Virus record (IMG/VR): IMGVR_UViG_3300021399_000005
Location: 102,805 to 166,804 of that record
Strand: one strand, 5' to 3'
DNA length: 64,000 bases
Origin: a virus
Taxonomy: Duplodnaviria > Caudoviricetes
In this document: positions 28,145 through 37,804 of the stretch, piece after piece
Layout of the letters: every line of letters begins with the position of its first letter
Numbering within the stretch: the stretch's first letter is position 1
Translations under genes and position numbers: made by a program
The notes under the pieces: generated by a model
Database searches by the model: none
What the model saw: the letters and a program-made list of their open reading frames with translations, nothing else
Told to the model about the DNA's origin: nothing

Positions 28145-28330
28145 TTATTCAAAGATTATTCCTTCAATCATAAGAATCGTTTCTCTTTTTGTGTTGGATA
28201 AATCTCTTGTTGAAATAAGATAAATATCTTCTTCTGTAAGTGGAATTTTCATATAATCTATATCTCTAGTATAAACCTCTGCGTCTAATGGCATAGTTTG
28301 CAAAATATTAATTAATTCTTTATTTGTCAT
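28145..28330 (-). CDS. Small early protein
   Basis: Start MTNKELINIL after AAGGAG SD. Confidence 0.65.
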   Translation of the reverse strand: MTNKELINILQTMPLDAEVYTRDIDYMKIPLTEEDIYLISTRDLSNTKRETILMIEGIIFE

Positions 28331-28404
28331 ATTGTTTCTCCTTTTTTCTATAATTATTCTATCATTTTTCTGTTGAGGTGTCAAGGGGAAATTTTCATTT
28401 CCCC

Positions 28405-28572
28405 TTAGTAGGTATCATATCCCCACATTTCAGCAACCTCATCGGTATCAGTGCAAATGTAAGAGAAATCGCGCAAGCCGTTTTCTAATGCGATATGAAC
28501 AGCTTCGTGGATATCCTCAGCCTGTACATAGAAAGTATAACCGTCTTCAGTTTCAAATAAGTAATTCATCAT
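28405..28572 (-). CDS. Small acidic early protein (family A, 55 aa)
   Basis: MMNYLFETEDGYTFYVQAEDIHEA; promoter and SD; not in ORF track. Confidence 0.65.
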   Translation of the reverse strand: MMNYLFETEDGYTFYVQAEDIHEAVHIALENGLRDFSYICTDTDEVAEMWGYDTY

Positions 28573-28789
28573 TTTAAGTTCCTCGCTTTCCTTATTTCTG
28601 ATTAAATTATAAGCTATTCTTTTAAATTTGTCAACTAATTTCGGGAAAAAAGTTTAAAAAATTTTTGTTGAAAAAAGTCTTGACAAAAAGCTGAAAATGT
28701 GATATAATTAAAAAACGCTGACCTTGCGGCTGGACGATAGCAAGAGGTTGCCGCAAGGTCAGCGGCAACGCAAGCAAGTTTATTTTGGA

Positions 28790-29011
28790 CTAATCATCTG
28801 AAAATTTTTCTTCGTAGATATGGTAGTAATCATTATAGGTATCTTTTGTTAACTCGGCAATCACTTCATCAGAAACTTCTTCTTCACCAGTTTCATTAAA
28901 ATAAATTTCAGTATTTCCATCAATGCAGAAATCCCAAGCTTTTTGATAGTCTTTAAAGAAAATGAAGAACCCAAGGTCTAAACCACTATGAACCATATAA
29001 AATTTTTCCAT
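28790..29011 (-). CDS. Small acidic early protein
   Basis: Start MEKFY after AAGGTG SD. Confidence 0.65.
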   Translation of the reverse strand: MEKFYMVHSGLDLGFFIFFKDYQKAWDFCIDGNTEIYFNETGEEEVSDEVIAELTKDTYNDYYHIYEEKFSDD

Positions 29012-29073
29012 TTTTATCACCTTTCCTTTTCTATAATTATTATAGCAGATGGTAAGGGGTTTTGCAACCCCTT

Positions 29074-29319
29074 TTACCAAATTTCAGTAATTAATTTATC
29101 GTGGTCTATTCTTACAAGTTTAATCAGTGTTCTACGAGCTTGTTTCAATTCGTCTTTTGTTATTTCCTCAACGATTTCAGCAGTTTGAGGGTTAATTTCA
29201 AGAATTTCTTTGTCGTCCGGGATAGTGTCATCCAAATCAGCAATTAATGCCCAGGTTGCAAAAATGGCTCTTTTATCTCTTGCGTTAAAATTTACTTCAG
29301 TTCTAGTTGTGATGTCCAT
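29074..29319 (-). CDS. Small acidic early protein
   Basis: Promoter and SD; weak similarity to 29384-29635. Confidence 0.68.
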   Translation of the reverse strand: MDITTRTEVNFNARDKRAIFATWALIADLDDTIPDDKEILEINPQTAEIVEEITKDELKQARRTLIKLVRIDHDKLITEIW

Positions 29320-29383
29320 TATTTTTTCCTCTCTTTCCTTATCTGTATAAATTATACTATATTGAGAGGGGTTTTGTCAACCC

Positions 29384-29635
29384 CTATTTCTCAACAATTT
29401 GAATTTTATTATCATCAAAAATAAATTCCGTTAAATCTTCTAAAAATCCTCCTACCGTTTCAAGATTTCTCATATCCATTGTTCTTTTTTCATTATTAAC
29501 GCTTTGAATATAGTGATGGTAATAGTCCCAATCACAAATGTCCTCACAAAAATCTATCATGAGTTTATATACGGTACGAATAGCTTGAACCTCTTCTGTT
29601 GAAAGTGTAACAATTGTAACTGTTTCTTTTGTCAT
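29384..29635 (-). CDS. Small acidic early protein
   Basis: Promoter and SD. Confidence 0.68.
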   Translation of the reverse strand: MTKETVTIVTLSTEEVQAIRTVYKLMIDFCEDICDWDYYHHYIQSVNNEKRTMDMRNLETVGGFLEDLTEFIFDDNKIQIVEK

Positions 29636-29825
29636 AAATTTTTTTCCTCTACTTTCCTTATTTCTATATAAATTATATATTATTTTTTAATAGTTGTCAA
29701 ATAGAAATTTTGGGAAAGCACAAAATTTTTTGTTTGTCAAGAAAAAATTTAAAAAAATGTCGTGGAAGTTAGTCTTGACAAACTCGTTCCCTGTGCCAAG
29801 GACGCGCGCACAGGGAACGCCAAAT

Positions 29826-29902
29826 AAAAAAGCAGGAGCCTTGCCCAAAGGAGGAGGAAAAATGGCAAGCCCTGCGTTAGAAATTTTCTATATCCTTTTT
29901 AC
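29826..29902 (-). ncRNA. Candidate sRNA with anti-Shine-Dalgarno loop (copy 2)
   Basis: TTGACA-N17-TATAAT at 29937-29909; stem GCAGG..CTTGCC/GGCAAG..CCTGC, loop TTTTTCCTCCTCCTTT, then U-tract. Confidence 0.62.
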
Positions 29903-29933
29903 ATTTTTATTATACAATATTTTTTTTCTTTTG

Positions 29934-30152
29934 TCAATCAATAATTTCAATATTTTTACTAAAAATCATTCTACCTTCAGTTACATTTTCTTCTATAATA
30001 TCTTCAATAAGGGTACAACAATTTTCATCTTCATCTTCAAAATCATATTCTTTATAATTTTCATCCCAGAAATAAACAAATTCTCCAAATTTAACTTTTT
30101 TTGGCGGATTTTCATTTTTTACCATTTCTAATAATTCAAAGTAACTAATCAT
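29934..30152 (-). CDS. Small acidic early protein (tandem paralog of 30202-30420)
   Basis: MISYFELLEM...KNIEIID; TGA stop overlaps next TTGACA. Confidence 0.7.
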   Translation of the reverse strand: MISYFELLEMVKNENPPKKVKFGEFVYFWDENYKEYDFEDEDENCCTLIEDIIEENVTEGRMIFSKNIEIID

Positions 30153-30201
30153 ATTCTTTACCTCTTTTCTGCCTTTATTATACAATATCTTTTTTCTTTT
30201 G

Positions 30202-30420
30202 TCAATCAATAATTTCAATAATATTTTTAGTTATTAATTCAATAGGGTCAAATTCTCTTGAAACATCGCCAAGCAAAGAATAAGACTCATAAGGCTCATG
30301 TTCTCTACCCTTCCGAAAGTATCCATTGTCCCATCGATATACAGAATCGTTATAAAAAACTCTTTCCGGCTGAGTTCCCTTTTCTTCCATTTCTAATAAT
30401 TCAAGATATGTTACCATCAT
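30202..30420 (-). CDS. Small acidic early protein
   Basis: MVTYLELLEM...KNIIEIID; TGA stop overlaps next TTGACA. Confidence 0.7.
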   Translation of the reverse strand: MMVTYLELLEMEEKGTQPERVFYNDSVYRWDNGYFRKGREHEPYESYSLLGDVSREFDPIELITKNIIEIID

Positions 30421-30481
30421 TTTTTTTACCTCTTTTCTGATTATATTATATAAAAATAAAAGAGATTTGTCAATCTCTTTT

Positions 30482-30949
30482 TTATATAATTTTGCTTTGT
30501 TTTAATTCGTTTAATCTATCAATTAAGTTTTCTTCTGTTGGGTTGATGGTATGTCCCATTTTCCAACCTTTTCTAATTTTATCATTATCATCTACTAAAA
30601 TTTGATAACCACCGTTTTTTCTAGTGCAATTTGCTTTTGTAGTTCCATACTTTACTAAATGGATTTCATCATATGGAAACTCATATTTTTCTAACCAATT
30701 TAATTTTGCAACTCTAACGGCATTGTCATAATCTTTTGTAGCGTTTTTTGCAAGCCATGTTGTAATGGCTATTTTCCACCCCTTTTTCTTTAATTCTACT
30801 AAAACGTTCTTTAAAGCTTTCATATCCCATAAAGGTTCACATACTTCATAAGGTCTAGTATTTTCGTTTTCTAAATCATTCAGCCATCCATCTACACCAT
30901 AGAAATTATTTAAAGTTCCATCCATATCAAATACTAAAGTTTTATTCAT
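30482..30949 (-). CDS. HAD-superfamily hydrolase (5'(3')-nucleotidase-like)
   Basis: LVFDMDGTL motif I, KLNWL, ILVDDN motif IV. Confidence 0.82.
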   Translation of the reverse strand: MNKTLVFDMDGTLNNFYGVDGWLNDLENENTRPYEVCEPLWDMKALKNVLVELKKKGWKIAITTWLAKNATKDYDNAVRVAKLNWLEKYEFPYDEIHLVKYGTTKANCTRKNGGYQILVDDNDKIRKGWKMGHTINPTEENLIDRLNELKQSKII

Positions 30950-31187
30950 TGTTATGTCCTCCTCTTTATCTGTCTATATTATAGCAGTTACATAATAAGA
31001 AGTCAACAGAAACCGTATGTAACTTTTATGTAACTAGTTAGCTGTGACTAACAGGAAAAAGTGCGAACTTTGGCAATAGACCGTTTTGGACTAAAAATTT
31101 GGTAAAAATTAGCCTTGACAAACTCGCCCCCTTCAGCTGACATGGGCGTGAAGGGGGCGCCAAACAAAAAAGAGCCTTGGCAGACTC

Positions 31188-31472
31188 TTAAATGTCATAT
31201 GAAGTAGCACCCCAGCAAACTGAGCAGTCAGAGAAATGATACCATTCATACATGTCAGAACAATCACACTCAATTGATTCATGCTTAAGAAGCTCTTTAG
31301 CGCAGTAGATTTTTGTATAATCTACATCACGATATTTTTCACCCCAGTCTTCATCGAAACCAATGAAATCGTTGGTGTCAATGTAGACCATTGTAAATCC
31401 ACGCTGAGGAACGATTCGCCATTCAACATCCTTACCTAACCATTTCAGCATTTCTTTGATTTCTTTTAACAT
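31188..31472 (-). CDS. Hypothetical early protein
   Basis: Promoter and GGAGG SD. Confidence 0.7.
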   Translation of the reverse strand: MLKEIKEMLKWLGKDVEWRIVPQRGFTMVYIDTNDFIGFDEDWGEKYRDVDYTKIYCAKELLKHESIECDCSDMYEWYHFSDCSVCWGATSYDI

Positions 31473-31553
31473 ATTGTTTTCCTCCTTTGGAGCTTAGCTC
31501 CTTTATCTGATTATATTATAGTTGAAGATTAGGAAAAAGTCAAGGACTTTTTC

Positions 31554-31700
31554 CTAAAACTTTTCAACCTGAATGATGTTGTCTTCTACGTATTCAGTTC
31601 CGTAAATGTCACAAAGCAGCTCCCAAGCAGTTTCAACGCAAATGGCTTGAATAATTTCAGCTGTTCCATCCGTTGTATCTAAGAAATAAAAGTTTGTCAT
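31554..31700 (-). CDS. Small acidic early protein (family A, 48 aa)
   Basis: MTNFYFLDTTDGTAEIIQAICVETA; promoter and AAGGAG SD. Confidence 0.6.
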   Translation of the reverse strand: MTNFYFLDTTDGTAEIIQAICVETAWELLCDIYGTEYVEDNIIQVEKF

Positions 31701-31769
31701 GCTGTGTTCTCCTTATCCTTTTTACATCTTTATTATATACTAGATTTCTTCTATTGTCAACAAGAAATT

Positions 31770-32018
31770 TTAATCTTCTTGTTCAATTACATAAAAGTAA
31801 GCGATTTGTGTCCAATCAATTTCACGACCATTCCACAGAGTGCTTGGTTTTTCAATGTTTAATCTTTCACATTCAGTTTGAACATGTTCAAAAGTTTCAT
31901 AAGTTAGATAAGCTAAAAATTCATCACATGCTGTCTCCCATTGAGTGCCTTTATTATAAACTGTTGGTTCTACTGTCTTGTAGCAAACTGCTCTGATAAG
32001 TTCCTTTTGTTTTTTCAT
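31770..32018 (-). CDS. Hypothetical early protein
   Basis: Promoter and SD. Confidence 0.68.
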   Translation of the reverse strand: MKKQKELIRAVCYKTVEPTVYNKGTQWETACDEFLAYLTYETFEHVQTECERLNIEKPSTLWNGREIDWTQIAYFYVIEQED

Positions 32019-32324
32019 TGTCTTGTCCCTCTTTCTGATTATAATATATCATTGACTTTGTCTTTTGTCAACAAAATTTTGGGATTTTTTTATAAAAAAT
32101 TTTTTACAAAAAAGTCTTGACAAAAGTTGCCGGGATGTGATATACTTTAAATTCGCCCCAGCTGCTTTGGTCGTGGCACAAAGATCCCCGCAGCTGGGGC
32201 GGCAAACCTTATTATAACATGAAATCAAAATTTTGTCAAGCATTTTTTAAAAATTTTTTCATTTTAAATTTTTCCTTTTTCTATCTTTAGTATATCACAA
32301 AAATAAGAGGGTGTCAACCCTCTT

Positions 32325-32579
32325 TTAATCAAAATCTGCATAATTTATTTGTTTATCGTAATCTGTTACCTCTAAATTTTTTAATTCAGTAAACATGTCT
32401 TGATTTTCAAGCAAGAAGTCATATACCATATCTTCTTGATTACTAGACCATTTTTCAGGATTGAGGGGAATACGTTTCTTTAACTCTTTATTTATTTTTT
32501 TAATTAAATTTGGAGTAATTTCAAGTTCAAGGTGTTTTGTAACAGTGGTTATGTCTTCTCTAATGATGTGGAATTTCAT
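32325..32579 (-). CDS. Hypothetical early protein
   Basis: Promoter and AAGGAG SD. Confidence 0.68.
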   Translation of the reverse strand: MKFHIIREDITTVTKHLELEITPNLIKKINKELKKRIPLNPEKWSSNQEDMVYDFLLENQDMFTELKNLEVTDYDKQINYADFD

Positions 32580-32634
32580 TTTAAAATCTCCTTTTCTTTT
32601 TACATCTTTATTATACGGATTTCATTTCAAAATG

Positions 32635-32817
32635 TCAATAGTCTTTTCCATATTTTTTTAAAATTATACCATTTAAAATTAAAATAAATGAAATCAAAAT
32701 CAAAAATGGAATACTTTTCAATGAAAAATCATTCACACAAGCTAAGAAAAATAAAATAAGAATAGATACTGTTTCAATGGTTAGTTGGATTGATGGTCTT
32801 AAAAAACGTCTTTTCAT
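32635..32817 (-). CDS. Small membrane protein (2 TM)
   Basis: Two hydrophobic stretches; AAGGAG SD. Confidence 0.62.
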   Translation of the reverse strand: MKRRFLRPSIQLTIETVSILILFFLACVNDFSLKSIPFLILISFILILNGIILKKYGKDY

Positions 32818-32892
32818 TTTATGGGGTCTCCTTCTTTTTACATTTATATTATATCATTTTTTTATACGGATATCAATAAAAAAACTGAGATA

Positions 32893-33132
32893 TTATCTCA
32901 GTACATAGAATAGATTTAAAGCAACCATTGCTAAATTTAAACAAATCAAATTAATACGGGAGCCCGTTAAACTATAACATAAACTAATTAAACAGCCTGT
33001 GAGAAACAGATAATTCATGTTATGTCCGGTGATAATACCAATTGCGCAGATGATATAAATTAAGCTAATTAAATCGTTTAATTCAAAGTGATATTTTTTG
33101 TTCAATTCAAATTTTTCTTTTAAGTTTTTCAT
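32893..33132 (-). CDS. Small membrane protein (3 TM)
   Basis: Hydrophobic; GAGGAG SD. Confidence 0.65.
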   Translation of the reverse strand: MKNLKEKFELNKKYHFELNDLISLIYIICAIGIITGHNMNYLFLTGCLISLCYSLTGSRINLICLNLAMVALNLFYVLR

Positions 33133-33497
33133 TTTTCTTTTCTCCTCTTGGGGTTTCTTTTCTTACCCCTCTTTCTGATTATATTATACGGGATACTGTT
33201 GTAAAAGTCAAGTAAAAAAGTCTCAAGAAGAGACTTTTTTAAATTCTTGTTTTAGTAATTTTAAAATTTTTAATTGTGAAATCAAATGTTTTTTGAATTC
33301 TTTTTAATTCAACCAGGGCTTCAATCTCATTAGTGAAAACCATTTTCATTATTTCTGTTGTTTCAAAAAATTCTATTTCTAATTTATATATTGATACGGT
33401 CATAGTCTTAACCTTCCTTTTCTAACTATATTATACCATACCATTTTCAAAAATCAATATCAAAAACCCCTTTTTTAGGGGTCTATTTTATTTTTCT

Positions 33498-33719
33498 TTA
33501 ATTTAATTCTACGGGCTTGCGGTTAAACCAAAATGCCAAGTCAATTGCTTTGTCAAGGTTCCTTAAATATCTATTCAATGCTACTTGACGTCTTCCCATT
33601 TCACCAGCTTTGTTCTCGTTGCCGTGCGCCAAATACCACTGCTCAGCCATGAATAATCCTTCTCTATAAGTGCATTGTAATGTCCAATAATCCTTCTTAA
33701 ATTGTTCAGATGTTTTCAT
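33498..33719 (-). CDS. Hypothetical early protein
   Basis: Promoter and GAGGAGG SD. Confidence 0.68.
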   Translation of the reverse strand: MKTSEQFKKDYWTLQCTYREGLFMAEQWYLAHGNENKAGEMGRRQVALNRYLRNLDKAIDLAFWFNRKPVELN

Positions 33720-33790
33720 ATGGGGTTCCTCCTCTTTCCCTTTATCTGATTAAATTATATATCATCCATTTAAAAAAGTCAATCACTTTT

Positions 33791-34066
33791 TAGTCCAAGT
33801 TGGTCTATTTTAAAACTTTTTTGGTTAGTTATGACTAACTGTTAAAAAGTTACTTTTTCTTACAATTAGTTAAGGCTAACTAACCATTTAGTTAAGGTAA
33901 TTAATGGTTAGCCTTGACTAACTAAAAAGTGAAGGTTAGTCTTGACAAACTGGTTTAGACCATATTGGTCTAAGTTAGTTGCAACTAACTATTTTAGGAA
34001 AGTTAGTCTTGACTAACTCTTTAGCTTGTGATAGACCAAATTGGTCTAAGGTTAGCCTTGACTAAC
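33791..34066 (+). repeat. Dense cluster of two palindrome families: GTTAG-N6-C(T/A)AAC and TAG(A/T)CC-N5-GG(A/T)CTA
   Basis: At least 6 copies of the first and 3 of the second within 280 bp; further copies dispersed 22.6-31.1 kb. Confidence 0.8.
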
Positions 34067-34166
34067 TCGGCGGCGCGCGAGTCCTCACCCAATGCAGAGG
34101 CCTCCGCCGCGCCGCCGACGCATGGCCAATAAGTGCACTCTCTAGCTTTGAAGAGAAGAAGAAGAC

Positions 34167-34385
34167 TTAGTCTTCTTCTTCAAAGAATTCAAGAATGTCT
34201 TCAGCAAGTTGACAACCTTCTTCAATTGCTTGAAGATAAGCGTTGCCATACATTTGCTCTGCATAGTCGTTGCCAAAGTATAAGTCAATCAATCTGTGTT
34301 CATAGTGAAAGTGTGCGTTTAAGTCATAGTTGTTGTCATCTGTCATCGCCAATAAAGCTTTTGCATAGTTCTCTGTTAGTGTCAT
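34167..34385 (-). CDS. Very acidic small early protein
   Basis: GAGGAG SD; D/E rich. Confidence 0.7.
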   Translation of the reverse strand: MTLTENYAKALLAMTDDNNYDLNAHFHYEHRLIDLYFGNDYAEQMYGNAYLQAIEEGCQLAEDILEFFEEED

Positions 34386-34436
34386 TTTCTGTGTCTCCTC
34401 TTTCTTTCTATTGTACCCAAGATTTAAGATTTGAGC

Positions 34437-34871
34437 TTAAGCCCAAATCTTAAAATTGTTTACTACTTGATTGTATCGTGTTTCTACACCATGAGCAACA
34501 AGCCAATGATATAATGCAAGTGTTGCTTCAGCATCATAGCGTGGGTCATGAGCTTTAACCAATGTGATACCTGCCCATTTGCAAACATCTCCAAGCTTTA
34601 AAGATGGTTTACCATTCTTGTTAAGCTTCTTTTGTGTGTCTTTATAAGTGCTGATTCTTACAAATCTAACAAACATCTCATAGACATCAATGTATTTAAC
34701 AGTGTTTCTATCAATGCCTAACTTGTGCAAATCTACCATAATATTGTAACCTACTAATACAACATCATTATGGCTTTTAACATAAGCGTTAAACTCGTTA
34801 ACGTCTCTTGTGATTGTACTATAGAATAAACCTCTGTTATATTCATAGTCTAGTGTGATTAAGTGTTTCAT
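34437..34871 (-). CDS. Short DEDDh exonuclease-like protein
   Basis: LDYE, VGYNIMVD, AHDPRYDA. Confidence 0.75.
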   Translation of the reverse strand: MKHLITLDYEYNRGLFYSTITRDVNEFNAYVKSHNDVVLVGYNIMVDLHKLGIDRNTVKYIDVYEMFVRFVRISTYKDTQKKLNKNGKPSLKLGDVCKWAGITLVKAHDPRYDAEATLALYHWLVAHGVETRYNQVVNNFKIWA

Positions 34872-34961
34872 AATTGCCTCCTCTTTAAGCCTTTATAGAA
34901 CGTCTTTATGTAAAGCGTTCTAACCAATGACAAGCTTGTTATGTCTTGTCATTGGTTAGAA

Positions 34962-34977
34962 TGTTTCACGTGAAACA
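34962..34977. promoter_or_regulatory. parS: Perfect parS (ParB/Spo0J-binding) palindrome
   Basis: TGTTTCACGTGAAACA, intergenic, 16/16 match to the widespread bacterial consensus. Confidence 0.88.
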
Positions 34978-34983
34978 TTCCTT

Positions 34984-35163
34984 TTAATAAAGCTCATCTA
35001 CCCATCTATTGATATGGTAGCAGTAACCGATTTCTTCATGGTTAGTACCATTCAAGTCATCGATATAAGCAATGATTAATGTGATTAAATCAGTATGAAC
35101 GTTTGCGTTTTTTCCGTTCCATTGATTGAATTGTTCTAATGCCTTTTGATATAAGTTTGTCAT
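34984..35163 (-). CDS. First gene of the leftward early module, hypothetical
   Basis: TTGCAT-N17-TATAAT promoter and GAGGT SD. Confidence 0.65.
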   Translation of the reverse strand: MTNLYQKALEQFNQWNGKNANVHTDLITLIIAYIDDLNGTNHEEIGYCYHINRWVDELY

Positions 35164-35517
35164 GATTTTTACCTCTTGCTTTTTATTAAAGCTTCCTTTC
35201 ACTTATTATTATACTCAAACAGTCATACAATGCAAGCGTTTTTATGCAATTTGTTAAAAAAATTTTTCTAAATTTTACGGGACTGTTTTTTTATTGCGTT
35301 GTCATAAAAAATATAATACGTATGTAGATTTTATATTTTATGGGCGGGTATATTTTGGGATGTCATATTTTTTTTAGAACGATTGGGAATCGCCACGTAT
35401 TCTCTTCGACTCAAATTACATTTGAGCCTGATAACGATCTATTTATAATCTCCAACCTTTTCTAAACCCCTAACTCTTAAAATTTTTGTTATAATATTTT
35501 TGAAAGAGAGGCCAAAA

Positions 35518-36561
35518 ATGTTAAAACTTGACTATACAATAGACTCTCCAGAAGAAAGAAGGGACTTGGTTTCTAGGATTTTAGAAGAAAACCCCAACCC
35601 CAATAGATACTATCTGGAGATACTAGCAAATTACATAATAACAGCAGTAGAAAAAAAAGAACGTCAAACTTTAGCAGAAAACCGTCTCGCAACAATAAGA
35701 AAAAACGAAACCTCCTTTGAAGGATTAGCCGCTCAATTTGAGAATGGCGAAGATGGCATCTATAATCTCGCTGAATCAAATCGCCACGCAATCCTTCATC
35801 CTACACCTAAAATAACTAAAAAAGACTTAGAAGATATTCCAGAGTTGCGCGAAACGCAAAAATCAATAGCTTTCTGAGATGATATGGTAAAAAAATCCGA
35901 GGGAATAGACAAATTCATAGCTAAGAAAGCTCTTATTGCAACGAGAAAAGATCAGTTCGATATAAAGATGGCGTTTAAACCTGTTATTCAATCTAACCAT
36001 AAAGTGCGCTCGACGCACGATATTCCTTTAGATGAGGAAGTCTTGGTAACTCCCCAAGGCATAACCGCGCATGGAGTTTCCCTTTTAAATCCAAAAGTAT
36101 GCTCCGCCATCCTCTGCAACTATTCTCAAGCAGTAGAATCAGCTTACGGCAGACCAGAATCCGATCTTTGACTTCTTCTCTTGGACTTTGATAACGTGGC
36201 CGGACTCGCTTTAGAGCCCCATCCACTCTACTACCGATTAGTAGAACTCAAAGTTGACGGCAAGCGCAACTCAGAAATTCAATCTGCTCTTGAAGAAGAA
36301 TTTGGAATCCATTATTCTGTAGAATATATCTCTTCTCTTTGGCGAAAAAAAATTCCAGCAATTATTGCCTCAAAAGCAGAAGACCTATACCTGGACTGAT
36401 ATTACCTAAACGAAAAAAAAGGTACATATAAAAAATGTTCTCGTTGTGGGCAAATTAAATTAGCAATACCTAAGTACTTTTCAAAGAATAAAACGGCAAA
36501 GGATGGACTTTATTCCATCTGTAAAGAATGCCGCAACAAAAAAGGAAAAGGAGGAAAATAA
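35518..36561 (+). CDS. HTH plus C-terminal Zn-finger protein upstream of terminase (347 aa, 3 TGA=Trp)
   Basis: Fragments in one frame joined by TGA; sigma-region-4-like helix ([14 protein letters not shown]); CSRC..CKEC; ends TAA. Confidence 0.8.
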
Positions 36562-36562
36562 A

Positions 36563-37804
36563 ATGCCGATAAAGGAAAAACATTTTTGCCCTAAGTGCGG
36601 TCGGACCCTCGCAGAGGACAAGTTTTACAAATCTCGCAATCTGGAAAAATATCCAACAGGGCGTTTGACAGAATGTAAAGATTGTTTAACTCGGCATGTT
36701 GACAACTGAGATTCCAGAACTTTTCTCTGGATTCTTCAAGAAGCTGATGTGCCGTATGTCCCTTCGGAGTGGAACCAGCTCTTGGCTAAGTACGGCAAAG
36801 ACCCGCGCAAAGTAACTGGGGTAACTATTTTAGGGAGATATTTGGCGAAAATGAATCTTAACCAGTATAAAGAATGGCGCTGGGCAGATACCGAATATAT
36901 CCAACAAATTACAAATAACAAAATAATAGAAACTATGCGCGCACAGGATGCAACTCAACAAGAGATAGACGCGGAATTGCAGAAAAGAAAACTGGATATT
37001 CCAGAGGGAGATTTGCGCGAAGCCGCTGGGATACCGGACGATGGCGAGATAGCTCCGGCCATCCTGGAGAAGCCCGCTGCATTCCAAGAACAAGATACTA
37101 TTTCTCTTGTGGCGCCAGAGCCAGAAGAAGATTTTGGTTTAACAGAAGATGACATAAAATATTTGCGGACTAAGTGGGGTCCCGCTTATAAACAATCTGA
37201 ATGAATTCAAATGGAAAGATTATGGAATGACATGATGGATTCTTATGACATTCAAACAGCGGGACATTTAGATACCTTAAAGAAACTTTGTAAGACCTCA
37301 TTAAAAATGGATCAACTTATTGACATGTCTGATGTCGAAGGATTTCAGAAAATGAGCAAAGCATATAATGATTTAATGAAGTCTGGAAATTTTCAAGCCA
37401 TTCAAAATAAAGAAAGAGAAGAAGATGGTATTGATTCTGTCTCTGAGATTGTTGCTCTTGCGGAATCCTATGGTTACATACCAAGGTTTTACGTTGATGG
37501 GCCTCAAGACAAGGTGGATAGAGTTCTTCAAGATATGCAAAGCTATACTAAAAATTTAGTAGACTCTGAGGGAGCACTTTCTGATATGCTTGAACAGGCT
37601 ATTAATCAGATTATTAAAGATAAAGAAAACGAAGCTTCTACTGACACTGAAGCAGATGATTTAGAAGCAGAATTATTTGGAGATGATGGTGGCGAACATC
37701 TCTTAACAGATAAAGATTTTTCGGATTTTAGGGATTTTGAAGATAGATTGCGCGAAGAGGATGATAAGTACATGGACGCGCTCACGAGAGGAGACGCAGC
37801 ATAA
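36563..37804 (+). CDS. Zn-finger protein, putative terminase small subunit (413 aa, 2 TGA=Trp)
   Basis: GGAGG SD; CPKC..CKDC; TAATG coupling to terminase. Confidence 0.7.

Larger units (their letters stand above)
20534..34119 (+). repeat. Dispersed array of at least 13 GC-rich hairpin elements (CG-arm-loop-arm-CG[C/G/A]C), most preceded by (GTT)AGTCTTGACAAA
   Basis: Copies near 20534, 21200, 21879, 22596, 24103, 24794, 25411, 26833, 28677, 29768, 31109, 32113, 34051; arm sequences differ but pairing is kept. Confidence 0.85.

Noticed and set aside
29694-30131. Plus-strand hydrophobic ORF after AAAGGAGGAGG as a type I toxin
   Set aside because: It runs antisense through a promoter and a real gene, and the sister element at 26460 has no start codon.
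20534-34119. Hairpin array as a CRISPR array or canonical integron attC sites
   Set aside because: Repeats are not identical or regularly spaced; hairpin arms lack RYYYAAC/GTTRRRY ends; no cas or integrase gene in the window.
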